A DNA stretch of 64,000 nucleotides from Patescibacteria group bacterium (GTDB taxonomy: Bacteria > Patescibacteriota > UBA1384 > UBA12157 > JAENIV01), in the NCBI GenBank assembly GCA_041666185.1, contig JBAYHL010000001.1, positions 69,073-133,072 on the forward strand. The letters are read 5' to 3'. The first letter of the stretch is position 1, and each line of letters starts with the position of its first letter. A model generated the notes under the pieces. It saw only the letters and a program-made list of their open reading frames with translations. It searched no databases and was not told where the DNA came from. The translations under genes were made by a program, and so were the position numbers. Shown one piece after another: positions 31,968-42,449 of this stretch.

Positions 31968-32477
31968 CTATACCTTTTTTATGCGATATCTAATGACCGT
32001 CTTTTGGTTTTTTGCATCTGGTGATGTAAGGTACTCTTCTTCGTGATCACCAGCAATTTTATAACCTTGTTCTTTAATAAAATCGTGAAGTTTTTTTATT
32101 GTTGGTTCTTCTTCAGAGTATGGCCCTAAATGTAAAATCTCAGCATATTCACCACCTTGCCAAACAACAATTTTGACTGGAATTTTTGGATCTTTTTGAA
32201 TTATATCCTTTTCAGTTACATAGTTCGGCACCACTACACCCCAAATACCAGTCCATTTATCTTTTGGTTTTAAGTGAGCATCTGGCCAAAGAGCAGATAA
32301 TTTCCCAAGTTCCATTTTTATTCCCTTTGGTTTATAAACTTTCATTTTGGCATAGTAAGCCGCGCCATATAAAGCTTTCATAAAAGGTTCTGTTACTTTA
32401 TTTGGATCACCAATCGAGGTAACCGTGAGCACTTTTCGATCATTTAATTTTGTTATTTCCGGTATAAACGCTTTCAT
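31968..32477 (-). CDS. GyrI-like small-molecule-binding protein
   Basis: GDPN..ALY..LHLGPYSEE..GDHEEEYL..KTVIR. Confidence 0.8.
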   Translation of the reverse strand: MKAFIPEITKLNDRKVLTVTSIGDPNKVTEPFMKALYGAAYYAKMKVYKPKGIKMELGKLSALWPDAHLKPKDKWTGIWGVVVPNYVTEKDIIQKDPKIPVKIVVWQGGEYAEILHLGPYSEEEPTIKKLHDFIKEQGYKIAGDHEEEYLTSPDAKNQKTVIRYRIKKV

Positions 32478-32530
32478 AACATTCTCCTTATGATAAATGC
32501 TTTTAAATTTAATTGATATAATTTTTCTTT

Positions 32531-32694
32531 AATAGTCCCATCTAAGTAGTTAAATTGGTCTTAAAAAATCAAGTGGGAGATCGCATATCTTGTCCACGGA
32601 CAAGATAGATATAGATCCTATGCCCCGGAGGCCATCCTCAAAGGGTCCCTTAGTAAAAAATGTTAGCCCAATTTAAAAACTCGATGAGACTACT
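32531..32694 (-). ncRNA. ssrS: candidate 6S RNA
   Basis: ends pair (TAGTCTCATC/GATGGGACTA, TTAAATTGG/CCAATTTAA) around a central bubble with apical stems; about 164 nt; TATAAT just upstream. Confidence 0.55.
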
Positions 32695-32869
32695 TTTATT
32701 ATAACAAAATTATTGGCTTTCTAAAGTAAGAAAAATTAATTAAGTTAACAAAAAAAATACCAGAGAGTATTGATTTTAAGGCCAGAATAGCTTACGATGT
32801 TTCTATAAAATGATCAGACTAACATCTGGTCTTTTTTTGAACACTATAATTTTTACAGTTAAGAAAGGG

Positions 32870-33349
32870 GTGAGAACAATAGGACGAACAGCTGTGTTAA
32901 TCAAACCTGCAGGAATGGACGCGGAGGGTCGTTTAGAAGAGATCAACGGGATGATAATGCGAACATGTCGGAGAAATCACCTTAGAATCGTTTGGGTGGC
33001 CGACGTCACGCTTACTCATGAAGATGCTCTCGAATTCTACGGCGTACATGAAGGAAAATGGTTCCAATTGCCAATGTCAGAACAAATCGAAGGACATTGT
33101 CTTCGCGCCTTCGAGATAGAGGGTAAATTCGCGCCAAGAATTATGCGGCGGCTAATTGGCCCAACTAATCCGGTTGTGGCAGCAATAAAGGCGCCGGGTA
33201 CCATTCGCGGTCAGTTCGCCGAAGGTGATATGGTTGCGTTTGCCAAGCAAAAGAAAGTAGTGGATAACTGTATCCACGGCTCAAAAAACAGCCAAGAGGC
33301 AATTCGTGAAATCGAAATCCTTAAGCGATCACGGATTCGACCACAGTAA
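32870..33349 (+). CDS. ndk: nucleoside diphosphate kinase
   Basis: LIKP, FYGVHEGKWF, RRLIGPTNP..PGTIRG, NCIHGS. Confidence 0.85.
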   Translation: MRTIGRTAVLIKPAGMDAEGRLEEINGMIMRTCRRNHLRIVWVADVTLTHEDALEFYGVHEGKWFQLPMSEQIEGHCLRAFEIEGKFAPRIMRRLIGPTNPVVAAIKAPGTIRGQFAEGDMVAFAKQKKVVDNCIHGSKNSQEAIREIEILKRSRIRPQ

Positions 33350-33530
33350 AACTACACACAAGTAACCATTGGTTCGTAGACATCTCTAGTCTACGAACTT
33401 TTTTTTAATTAAGACGAATAGCTTTTTTTGGCAGTCAATCGTGGACAATACCATTGGCTACAAACTAAGTCGAATAGTTCAGACTATTATAATTAATTAT
33501 GGAGAAAAAATTTATATTCCAAATTTAATT

Positions 33531-34499
33531 TCACCCCAAAATTAAATTAAATAAATAACCTGTAAATATAATTCCAAGTCCCACAATAACCGCAAAGATT
33601 AAAACTAGCTTTGGCTTCATCACTTTTTTAAGAATTAAAAATTCAGGTAACGACAAACCAGTGATAGCCATCATAAAGGCAAGTGCTGTGCCTACTGCTA
33701 CACCTTTTTCTGTAAGTGCACTAATAAGAGGAATAACGCCAGCTGCATTAGAATATAGTGGAATACCGATAAGCGTAGCCAAAGGAACTGCATACCACTT
33801 ATCACTTCCTGCATAACGAGCCAAAAAGTCAGTTGGAACATAACCGTGAATGAACGCTCCGATAGCAATACCAACTAAGATATATGGATATACTTTCTTT
33901 ATAATGTCTAAAGTGTAAAATTTAGCATATTTGGCACGTTCTCTAAGAGTTTTCTCTTGTTCATTGAGTTTCGTGCTGATTTTATGCTCATAGACAAATT
34001 TTTCAACCAAACTTTCCACTTTGAGTTTGCCAATAATTAAGCCTGAGATAATAGCGATTAAAAGACCACTTGCGATATAAATTAGGGCAATTTTTAAGCC
34101 AAACATACCAGCGAGCAAGACCAATGCGACTTCATTTATCATCGGTGAAGCAATGAGAAAAGAAAAAGTTATTCCAAGTGGAATGCCAGCTTCAACAAAA
34201 CCCAAAAACAACGGAATGGCACTGCAAGTGCAAAACGGAGTTACTATTCCTAACAAAGATGCTAAAATATTTCCAGTAAATTGATGCTTACGAGATAAAA
34301 TACTTCTTATTCTTTCAGGTGATAAATAAGTTCTGATAAAGCTAACGATAAAAATAATAACAACTAATAAAATTAAAATTTTGATTGTGTCAAAAATAAA
34401 GAAATTTATCGCTTCAGCAAGTAAAGTGCTGTGTCCAATTTTTAAAACATTAAAAGTAAGCCAGTCAGCAAATAATTTTACAGGATAAAAAATATCCAT
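33531..34499 (-). CDS. ArsP/DUF318 family permease
   Basis: TPFCTCSAIP, SPMINE, GIPLYSNAAG, LSLPE. Confidence 0.9.
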   Translation of the reverse strand: MDIFYPVKLFADWLTFNVLKIGHSTLLAEAINFFIFDTIKILILLVVIIFIVSFIRTYLSPERIRSILSRKHQFTGNILASLLGIVTPFCTCSAIPLFLGFVEAGIPLGITFSFLIASPMINEVALVLLAGMFGLKIALIYIASGLLIAIISGLIIGKLKVESLVEKFVYEHKISTKLNEQEKTLRERAKYAKFYTLDIIKKVYPYILVGIAIGAFIHGYVPTDFLARYAGSDKWYAVPLATLIGIPLYSNAAGVIPLISALTEKGVAVGTALAFMMAITGLSLPEFLILKKVMKPKLVLIFAVIVGLGIIFTGYLFNLILG

Positions 34500-34748
34500 C
34501 TAACTCTCCTTTATACTGCTTTTTATCACTTTTTTAATTTCTTCCAGTTTTGGAATAGAACCTACAATCACTGGCTTTTCATTAATTGCCAAAACGGGCA
34601 TTCTCATCCATCCAGTTTCGATAATTTTTTGGATATCAACAATATATTCAACTTCGGAATCGATTTTGAGGTCTTTTGCAGCCTGTTTTGTCAACTCATA
34701 AAGAGTTTTACACGAACAACATCCTGAACCAAATACCTGAATCTTCAT
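34500..34748 (-). CDS. small redox-active disulfide (thioredoxin-like) protein
   Basis: MKIQVFGSGCCSCK..PVLAIN. Confidence 0.85.
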   Translation of the reverse strand: MKIQVFGSGCCSCKTLYELTKQAAKDLKIDSEVEYIVDIQKIIETGWMRMPVLAINEKPVIVGSIPKLEEIKKVIKSSIKES

Positions 34749-35017
34749 TTTACTCCTCCTGTTATTTTTATGAGTTTGTTAAGTTGTGAATCCATTAGTT
34801 TTTTATTAAGTTTATAAAATATTTTTTGACCATCTCGACGGTCAAATAACACTTTGTTATCTTTAAGAACTTTAAGATGGTGAGATATTAAATTTTGAGG
34901 CAAATCAAATTCCTTTTGGATTTCACAAACACATCTTTCACCATTTTTAAGAAAGACTATAATTCTAAACCTGTTATCGTCTGCAATCGCTTTTAAAAAC
35001 TCTAAGCTATTATTCAT
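34745..35017 (-). CDS. ArsR/SmtB regulator
   Basis: KAIADDNRFRI..CVCEI..ISHHLKVL. Confidence 0.9.
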   Translation of the reverse strand: MNNSLEFLKAIADDNRFRIIVFLKNGERCVCEIQKEFDLPQNLISHHLKVLKDNKVLFDRRDGQKIFYKLNKKLMDSQLNKLIKITGGVK

Positions 35018-35190
35018 AATATCAATTTATATTGATATATCTATCTTATTGAGAAACTAATATTTTGTCAAATAAAAATAGGTTACACCCCAACAGGATT
35101 AAAACATATATTTTCTTTGAAAATTCCGCGAAAGGTGTAACTTCCCTATTTTCTTCTGTAATAATATTTTCTAAATTTTACTAACAAGTT

Positions 35191-35239
35191 TGGCAGCGCC
35201 GACGGGAGTTATGAACAGCTCGGAAACCCACGGTTTTCC
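35191..35239 (+). repeat. tRNA-Glu 3'-end-derived repeat copy 1
   Basis: 48/49 identical to 35728-35776; begins with antisense of the tRNA-Glu 3' end plus CCA. Confidence 0.85.
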
Positions 35240-35345
35240 AACCCCTCTTGAGTTTGAATTTCATATCGTCACCAATAACGTCACGTCATTATTGACTTTT
35301 AAAGAGAAGGGTGTTACAAATAGTTTATCAAAAGGGGGAATAAAG

Positions 35346-35651
35346 ATGTCAGAAAAAAGTATCCGAGATATTACTGAAGAATGGCTTGCTACCCAACCCC
35401 GCAGAGACGAGATTGATTTGAAGGGATACCTCGTACTAGTGTTTGGGATTAAAGATGACGATGGGAAAGAAATTAGCTGTGACACAGCAATCGATATAAT
35501 AACTAATGACTCCGAGCTGCGTCAATCTGCAATATCAAGCTTTAGACAGTATCTACTGAAAGCCGGAGTAGTGACATCCCAGGAATATCCTTTTGGAAAA
35601 GGGCAGGATAGCTATCCTTTGTATACCAACACAAATAACTTAAGAGTCTAG
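35346..35651 (+). CDS. hypothetical protein between tRNA-derived repeats
   Basis: GGGGG RBS; terminator GCCCGC..GCGGGC-T7 follows. Confidence 0.6.
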   Translation: MSEKSIRDITEEWLATQPRRDEIDLKGYLVLVFGIKDDDGKEISCDTAIDIITNDSELRQSAISSFRQYLLKAGVVTSQEYPFGKGQDSYPLYTNTNNLRV

Positions 35652-35727
35652 ACTTATGTCCAACAGCCCGCTGCTCGCGGGCTTTTTTTAATACAAAAAA
35701 AACAGGATTTCAACCTGTTATTTTTGC

Positions 35728-35853
35728 TGGCAGCGCCGACGGGAGTTACGAACAGCTCGGAAACCCACGGTTTTCCGACGTCCGAGAAGTATCTCGGACT
35801 GCCTTCCTCTACGGGAAACCTCTGGTTTCCCGACCCCTTCCTGGTTCGAATCC
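35728..35853 (+). repeat. tRNA-Glu 3'-end-derived repeat copy 2 with extra hairpins
   Basis: TGGCAGCGCCGACGGGA plus several hairpins ending in GGTTCGAATCCC. Confidence 0.8.
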
Positions 35854-35906
35854 CAACTATTAGAACTGAAAAAGAGAGGCAATCATAAATGATTATCTCT
35901 CTTTTT

Positions 35907-35980
35907 CAGCGCCGACGGGATTCGAACCCGTGATCTTCTGCATGAAAAGCAGATATCCTAGGCCTCTAGACGACGGCGCC
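35907..35980 (-). tRNA. tRNA-Glu(TTC), CCA not encoded
   Basis: GGCGCCG acceptor, TCTGC-TTTTCAT-GCAGA anticodon arm, GGTTCGAATCC. Confidence 0.92.
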
Positions 35981-36221
35981 ACAAACACACCGATAAATGT
36001 ACTAATAGCACCAGCTAAAAACAAAATTTCGATGGCGCTCTCGGCCGCGGAAATTTCTGACGAAATTATAGGCCTCTAGCCCGCTAACCGCGGGTCCACG
36101 TCTAGTGGAACGACGGCGCCACAAAAATATCATATCATAAAAATACACTCTTGTCCAGAATGAATAACATGGCAACAAAAATGTTATAATGTTTATGTAT
36201 ATAAAAATATAAAGGAGGAAA

Positions 36222-36902
36222 ATGAAAAAATTTATTTGGACTATTGGCCTTTTGTTAATTTTATTGCCAATCACAAGCTTTGCTGCCAACCAAGACACAG
36301 GACAAAACAATGGACAAACTAGCCAACCATCATCTAGCCCCTCATCAACTCAAAATCAAAACACAACTCAAACCAATAACCCCGAAACTGGCGTGATGAC
36401 ACAAGAACAAACAAATACCCAACTCCAAAGTGAACTGCAAGAAAGTATGCCAAGTTATAGCCCTAAGGGCCAATTTAGCCAAGAACGAATGAGCCAAATC
36501 TCTCTAACGTTAGAAAGTATGGTCATGCTTTCTAACCGATTAGAAAATTCAAATATAAAAGAACAAATTAACTCAATCGCCCACAACCAAGCAAATTCAG
36601 AAGACATGGTCAACCAATCATTAGATAAAGCAGAATCCAGAAGTAAAGTTGCTAAATTCTTTGTTGGACCAAATTACAAAGAATTAAAAAATGTAAAACA
36701 AGAGATAGAACAAAATCGTTTAAGAATCGAAGAACTTAATCGTATTATGTCACAAATAACCAATCAAACAGATAAAACCGAGCTACAAAATCAAATTCAA
36801 ATACTTGAAATACAAAATACCAGTCTAGAGGAAGAATTAGATATTGATATTCAAGGCTTTTCTCTATTTGGATGGCTTTCGAAATCAATAAATAAATATT
36901 AA
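36222..36902 (+). CDS. secreted coiled-coil hypothetical protein
   Basis: signal peptide, Q/N-rich, KFFVGPNYK. Confidence 0.75.
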   Translation: MKKFIWTIGLLLILLPITSFAANQDTGQNNGQTSQPSSSPSSTQNQNTTQTNNPETGVMTQEQTNTQLQSELQESMPSYSPKGQFSQERMSQISLTLESMVMLSNRLENSNIKEQINSIAHNQANSEDMVNQSLDKAESRSKVAKFFVGPNYKELKNVKQEIEQNRLRIEELNRIMSQITNQTDKTELQNQIQILEIQNTSLEEELDIDIQGFSLFGWLSKSINKY

Positions 36903-36959
36903 ACCGCTAATTAATTTGCATCAAAGTTTCATCCAATATTAATCTGTTATAATAAATTT

Positions 36960-37607
36960 ATGATAGCTCTTTTAGCTAAAATTTTACCTTTGCAATTAGC
37001 AGCAACTTTAAGTCCGGGCATTTTTGCCTTAACAATTATTTTATTTACTAAAAAAAATCATGCCATTGGTCGCGTCCTAGCGCTCTTACTGGGCTCTATT
37101 TTTGTAGCCATCTTTTTAGGTTTTTTAGGCTTAAAAACAGGTCAAAGCATTACTGCTTTTAGCACTCACGGTAAAATATCTGTTATCATTGATTTTGCTT
37201 TAGCAATTTTATTTCTCTATTTTGGTATTAAAGGACTAGTAAAACCAGATCGAGAAAAAAAAGAATCTCTCGGAGAAAATCCTGCTAGACAGCTTGGTAA
37301 ATGGTTTATTGTCGGTTTAATTATAAGTATTACTAATTTTGACGCTGTTTTACTAAATTTTGCTGCCGCTAAAGAAATTGGCGCATCAGGAATTATTTTA
37401 TTCGATAAAATTATTTTACTTTTTGTTGGTATCTTATTTTTTGTTTTACCCATTTTAATACCACTTTTTTTCTACCTAATCTTACCGTCACTCGCCCAAA
37501 AGGTTTTAACACCAATTAATAAATTTTTAGTAAAATTTGGTCGCCTACTGGTTTCAATAATCTTTATTATATTTGCTATTTACTTAATCTACAAAGGATT
37601 AAAATAA
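36960..37607 (+). CDS. GAP/LysE-like membrane transporter
   Basis: LAATLSPG N-terminus, about 6 TM segments. Confidence 0.7.
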   Translation: MIALLAKILPLQLAATLSPGIFALTIILFTKKNHAIGRVLALLLGSIFVAIFLGFLGLKTGQSITAFSTHGKISVIIDFALAILFLYFGIKGLVKPDREKKESLGENPARQLGKWFIVGLIISITNFDAVLLNFAAAKEIGASGIILFDKIILLFVGILFFVLPILIPLFFYLILPSLAQKVLTPINKFLVKFGRLLVSIIFIIFAIYLIYKGLK

Positions 37608-37635
37608 TAGAATAACCTTAGCAAGGAGAAAATAA

Positions 37636-38409
37636 ATGGAAGAAAAAACAACTGATAAAACTCCCGAAAAACCCAAAAAATCTAAATGGTTACTTTGGAC
37701 TTGTGGATCTTGCGGTTGCCTGGTAATTATCATTATGGTCGCTTTATTTTCCCTTAGATCATTTACCGGTTTTAATATAGGAAAATTTTTTGATAACAGT
37801 CAAAACAATGGTTCTAATTTAGATGAAGAAGACAAAGAGATGACCAAATCGGAACTTATTGATTATTTCGTAGGAGAAACCACTGTTTATCCAGGTTTTG
37901 ATAAATCAATAAAAGTAATGAAATGGGAGAAACCTGTTGTAACTATTTCAGTCGCTGACACACCGCCAGAAGGAGGTATTAAAGCTATTGACGATTTTAT
38001 AAATAAATTTAATAACAATAGCACAAAAACAAAGCTACAACGCATCGAAAGTGACGGAGATATTAAAATTTATTTTCAAGTTTCAACTGATGGTGCCGCT
38101 GGTCGTTCTGGACCAAGTTCGGGGGCAGATTATATTATTGACCATGCAAATATTAAGCTTTCGGAAGAAGCAGCCATGTTCGATCAATCTTTAAGTTCAG
38201 TTCTGTCACATGAAATATTTCACGCACTTGGTTTCACTGGTCACTATCAAGGTAGTGCTTGCCGATTAATGTCACCAACAGTATGTGGTTCTCGTTTAAC
38301 GATTAATGAAGAAAGATTAATCCAAATGCTTTATAGTACCGATATGCCAGACGGTATTAACGAATCCGAGATTAGATCTTTTTTACAAAACTGGAGTCCA
38401 AATAATTAA
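37636..38409 (+). CDS. membrane-anchored zinc metallopeptidase-like protein (DUF2927-like)
   Basis: HEIFHALGFTGH, KW..P. Confidence 0.7.
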   Translation: MEEKTTDKTPEKPKKSKWLLWTCGSCGCLVIIIMVALFSLRSFTGFNIGKFFDNSQNNGSNLDEEDKEMTKSELIDYFVGETTVYPGFDKSIKVMKWEKPVVTISVADTPPEGGIKAIDDFINKFNNNSTKTKLQRIESDGDIKIYFQVSTDGAAGRSGPSSGADYIIDHANIKLSEEAAMFDQSLSSVLSHEIFHALGFTGHYQGSACRLMSPTVCGSRLTINEERLIQMLYSTDMPDGINESEIRSFLQNWSPNN

Positions 38410-38463
38410 AAACTATATATTCTCTTTTCGTTAACACCTTAATATGGTATAATTTAAAACGAA

Positions 38464-39183
38464 ATGATATTTCTAATTATTTTAGCAACAATTTTTAGCA
38501 CTTTTTTGGGAGGCTTATTTGCTATTCGTTTTCGCGATAAGCTTCATCTAATTTTAGGATTCAGTGCTGGCGCAGTTATTGGTGTCGCCCTTTTTGATTT
38601 ATTGCCAGAATCAATGGAAATGGCGACACAGGCCTATGATGCTAAATTAGTTACTTTATTTATTGCAATTGGATTCGTCGCTTATATGATTTTTGATCGA
38701 TTTTTGTCACTTCATTGTCATGGCGAAAATGAATGCGGGAATCCGAATCACCGCGGAAAACTTGGTGCGGCCACTTTATCGATTCATAGTTTACTTGATG
38801 GATTAGGAATCGGTTTGGCTTTTAAAGTTTCACCGGCTGTTGGCTGGGTTGTTGCCGCCGCTGTTTTGACACACGATTTTTCTGATGGCATTAATACTGT
38901 TAATATGATTTTAAAAAACCATGGCGGGCATCGCCAAGCATTAAAATGGTTAATAACGGATGCTTTAGCTCCTGCCGCAGGTATCGCTCTAACACTTTTT
39001 TTTACCGTTTCCGAACCAGTTTTAGGTCTTATCTTGGCAGTATTTACCGGTCTATTTCTTTACCTTAGTGCCAGTGATTTAATTCCCGAAAGCCACCATC
39101 ATCACCCAACTGCTTGGACTACGCTTATGACTATTTTGGGAATCACGGTTCTTTATTTAGTAATTAATTTTGCTGGACTATAA
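38464..39183 (+). CDS. ZIP family metal transporter
   Basis: HSLLDG, HDFSDG, DLIPESH. Confidence 0.9.
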   Translation: MIFLIILATIFSTFLGGLFAIRFRDKLHLILGFSAGAVIGVALFDLLPESMEMATQAYDAKLVTLFIAIGFVAYMIFDRFLSLHCHGENECGNPNHRGKLGAATLSIHSLLDGLGIGLAFKVSPAVGWVVAAAVLTHDFSDGINTVNMILKNHGGHRQALKWLITDALAPAAGIALTLFFTVSEPVLGLILAVFTGLFLYLSASDLIPESHHHHPTAWTTLMTILGITVLYLVINFAGL

Positions 39184-39190
39184 TTAAAAA

Positions 39191-39931
39191 TTACGGCCAA
39201 ACAGCACGAACACCAGTAATGTCACCCAAACCAAGGGTGTCTTTTTTTAATTCACTTCTACTTGCGTAGCCATACATTGTTAAGTCCTTAGAACCAGAAT
39301 CGTACAAATCTCCCAAACCCATCCAATGTCCAAATTCATGAGTGGCAATATCTCTCAAATCAAAAGCACCTTTCTTACCATTACAATCATTTTGTCCATT
39401 GTAACCAGTATAAGCCCACGAGTAACGACGATTAAAAATCGTATCAGCATCTTTTAGTCGACCGTGACCGTCTGTCCAAATATAGGTAACTGCAACATAA
39501 GATGCTGGCAAATTGCGCCAAAAAATTGCGTTTTGACCATCGTCAGCAGGATTTGCAACAGAAGTCTCGCCTGCATTGTGAAAAAGAATTCCACCACCAG
39601 CACCTTGAAGATTAGAAAATGATAAATCGATAGAAGCTTCTGCCATTTGGCGAGAAACACCTACCGGCAAAGTATTAAAATTTACTCTGTAATCCGTAAT
39701 GCCGCTTTGTAATTTCCAACCACCCCAACCAAAATGATTAACTTGATCATTAGTTGTGCGAGTACAAACTTTGGGAATTGAATTATATTGAATAAGTACA
39801 TGCGGCGTTCCAATTTCTTTCATGGTCTCTTTTTCAATTTCAACGCTAGAAGCACCTGTTTTAATCGGAAAAACAATTACAGTTACAATTAACAAAATCA
39901 GTCCTAACCCCCAAAAAATACTTTTTTTCAA
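39191..39931 (-). CDS. matrixin/M10-like metalloprotease
   Basis: HEFGHWMGLGD, Met-turn LTMY. Confidence 0.8.
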   Translation of the reverse strand: MKKSIFWGLGLILLIVTVIVFPIKTGASSVEIEKETMKEIGTPHVLIQYNSIPKVCTRTTNDQVNHFGWGGWKLQSGITDYRVNFNTLPVGVSRQMAEASIDLSFSNLQGAGGGILFHNAGETSVANPADDGQNAIFWRNLPASYVAVTYIWTDGHGRLKDADTIFNRRYSWAYTGYNGQNDCNGKKGAFDLRDIATHEFGHWMGLGDLYDSGSKDLTMYGYASRSELKKDTLGLGDITGVRAVWP

Positions 39932-40011
39932 AAACCCTCCTTAAATAAATCTCTTTTGTATAAGCATAGCTAATTTAAAAGAAAGTTTCAATTTCATTTT
40001 CCTCCAATCTA

Positions 40012-40641
40012 TTACGGATAAATGTCTCCCCTAAATAAATATTTGCCATTAAAAATCATTGGCAGAGGTGTTTTGTCATCGGGATTTGGACCAGGTCGAT
40101 ATGCCATCAAGTGCAAATGCGGGAAATCGGAAGCACCGCTATTGCCAATCAAGCCAATCTGCTGATCAACAGTGACAATATCACCCACTTTCACCAAAAT
40201 TGAATCTTTTTTGAAGTGAACTAGCATCACATTAAATTGACCACAATCAATGAGGATGCGGTTTGCTTCAATTTCATTGCCTCTTGTGCCAATTGGCATG
40301 TCGGGGAAACCATCGATAACTTTTTCAACATTACCATTACAAGGACTATAAACTGGCGTGCCAAAAGTTGGGTTAGATTCCAACCCGGATTGGCGAAATT
40401 TAAAGAAATCACTCAGTTTTACCTGTTTGGCAATATCAAGAGCATATTTTTCAGGCGGCTGAGTGTGAGTACTCCCATTTGGCCCGGATTGAATTGCTTG
40501 AAACGAGCCATCTTTCAAAGGAAATTCCAAACTCACAGCACCATCTGGTACTTTCATTGATTTACGCTTTTCAATCTTGAAAACATAATAAGCACCGCAG
40601 ATAACTGCCAATACCAAAACAATAAAAAGTACTTTTTTCAT
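40012..40641 (-). CDS. M23 family peptidase
   Basis: YALD, GNSGASDFPHLH. Confidence 0.85.
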   Translation of the reverse strand: MKKVLFIVLVLAVICGAYYVFKIEKRKSMKVPDGAVSLEFPLKDGSFQAIQSGPNGSTHTQPPEKYALDIAKQVKLSDFFKFRQSGLESNPTFGTPVYSPCNGNVEKVIDGFPDMPIGTRGNEIEANRILIDCGQFNVMLVHFKKDSILVKVGDIVTVDQQIGLIGNSGASDFPHLHLMAYRPGPNPDDKTPLPMIFNGKYLFRGDIYP

Positions 40642-40660
40642 ATTTTCCTTTCAAGGAAAA

Positions 40661-40729
40661 TTCCGCGACAAGCAATCTTGTCTATAATTTCGTCAGAAAT
40701 TTCCGCGACAAGCAATCTTGTCTATAATT
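40661..40729 (-). repeat. tandem copies (period 40) of dispersed hairpin repeat
   Basis: TTCCGCGACAAGCAATCTTGTCTATAATT twice; core matches 36046-36070 and 43771-43796 in reverse. Confidence 0.8.
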
Positions 40730-40825
40730 ATATTTTAACACAAAAAAGGTTATACTATAAACGAGTTAATCTTATTGTTAGCATGGATGTAGAATAAAAT
40801 GATAGTAATAATAAAGGAGGATTTT

Positions 40826-41065
40826 ATGACAAAGTGGACCTTTGTTTCCAAATTAAGGTTAATTGTTGCGGGGATAATCTCGGTTCTTTTAGTATTTTAC
40901 GCTTTTAATTTTGTGCCGCGAAATATTAACACTATCGCAAACAGAACTTTGGGAATAAAAATTTTTGATTATATATTAAATTTTGTTATTTTCTTCGTGG
41001 TTATCTATCTTGTTTCCTGTTTGCTTACCTATATTTACCAAAAACTGTTCACGCACTCAAAATAA
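40826..41065 (+). CDS. small membrane protein
   Basis: AGGAGG RBS, two TM segments. Confidence 0.65.
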   Translation: MTKWTFVSKLRLIVAGIISVLLVFYAFNFVPRNINTIANRTLGIKIFDYILNFVIFFVVIYLVSCLLTYIYQKLFTHSK

Positions 41066-41236
41066 TCAAGACTTAGACCTCTTAGGGGACGGTTCTCTTT
41101 TTAAGGTAAAATTTCGCTTTTTCGCTAATCACCCCCACACTCATGGGGTGTTGATTTTTGATCTAAAATCTGCTAACTTAATGAGGATTAGCACGACTCT
41201 TTGTTTTTTCTTAACATAAAAAAAGAGGTGTTGTTC

Positions 41237-41683
41237 TTGAAAATCATGACACTTACAAAAAACGATCGCGACAAGATCGTTGAAGAAGCTTACAAGTTTT
41301 TGAATACACCTTATTGTCTTTGTGGTGATGGTAAAAATACTTTTAATTGCAGTCAATTCATAGTTTCCGTCATTAAGAATGCATTAAATGTAGATTTACC
41401 AGCAAAAGTTGATTGGCTCTATCTTGTTTCATCAATTGTAAAACCTGAAAATCTCCAAGCAGGAGATTTGGTTTTCTTTTGCCGTCAACCAAGACCTACG
41501 GGGAGAATCGCCACCCATGTTGCAATATTTGTTGGTGACAAAAAAATTATCCATGCCCGTCAACGAGCAGGCAAAGTGGTAATAGAAGCAATAGAAGATT
41601 TTTCAGAAACGCTCATCACGTCTAAAGATCCCAATGAGTTGCATCAATGGTTGGAAGAAATTATATCTCTAACAAGGTCATGA
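41237..41683 (+). CDS. NlpC/P60 family hydrolase
   Basis: TPY..FNCSQF..GDLVFF..HVAI..IIHA. Confidence 0.85.
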   Translation: MKIMTLTKNDRDKIVEEAYKFLNTPYCLCGDGKNTFNCSQFIVSVIKNALNVDLPAKVDWLYLVSSIVKPENLQAGDLVFFCRQPRPTGRIATHVAIFVGDKKIIHARQRAGKVVIEAIEDFSETLITSKDPNELHQWLEEIISLTRS

Positions 41684-41840
41684 AAAATTCATGACCTTTT
41701 ATTTAAAATAAATTTTTAATAATTATAAAAAAACCAGACAAACTGGTGCATTTTCATTAACTTTCAAAAAGAGGGCCTGGCGGGTCACTATTTTAAAAAT
41801 GTTAAGAGATGATCAATACTGGAAGGTGCTAAAGCCAAAG

Positions 41841-42449
41841 CTAGATTCTATTCAAGTTTTTGGAAAATAAGATCTTCCTGCAAGTACAGTAATTTCCAAG
41901 ATGACAAAGAGCAAGTGTTGAAGCGGTAAAATTGATAGGCGTATTTATGTCATCTAATTTGCCAAAACCAATCGTTATATGAGGATTAAAATTATTAAAA
42001 CTCGACTTTTTAGCATAATTTTTAATCCAGCAAAGGGTAATTTCTTCGACGGCTGGTGGAGAAAAAACTGTATTTATTGAAATATCGTATAATAGAAATG
42101 GTTTTAACTTTGTCATAACTATTTCGTGCAGTGATTGTAGTTCTGGCGCTTTCTTTATTATAAATTCTGAAACGATTTCTTTAGACGGAATTGTGTTGTC
42201 GTGATAAGTATCAGCTATTAGTTCAAATGTATGAAATTTAGAAGCAATGTCTTGTAGCGTTTTCGTAACTTTTTGTAAATCACTTTCTTTAATTCCTCCC
42301 ATTGCTAAAGAAATGTGTGGCAAGCAGTTTTCTTTATTTAATATAATTTTGCCACTAAATTTCTTAAATTGTCGCCTACTTATTCCAACAGCTTGATTGG
42401 TCATAGAATTATCTGGAAGCAACACAACGTCAATTGCAATTTTTGACAT
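41841..42449 (-). CDS. 2H phosphoesterase / 2'-5' RNA ligase-like protein
   Basis: two motifs PHISL and PHITI. Confidence 0.75.
   Translation of the reverse strand: MSKIAIDVVLLPDNSMTNQAVGISRRQFKKFSGKIILNKENCLPHISLAMGGIKESDLQKVTKTLQDIASKFHTFELIADTYHDNTIPSKEIVSEFIIKKAPELQSLHEIVMTKLKPFLLYDISINTVFSPPAVEEITLCWIKNYAKKSSFNNFNPHITIGFGKLDDINTPINFTASTLALCHLGNYCTCRKILFSKNLNRI

Noticed and set aside
41772-41780. AGGGCCTGG matching the tRNA-Lys 3' end as an att site
   Set aside because: Only 9 bp and no integrase nearby; compatible with chance.
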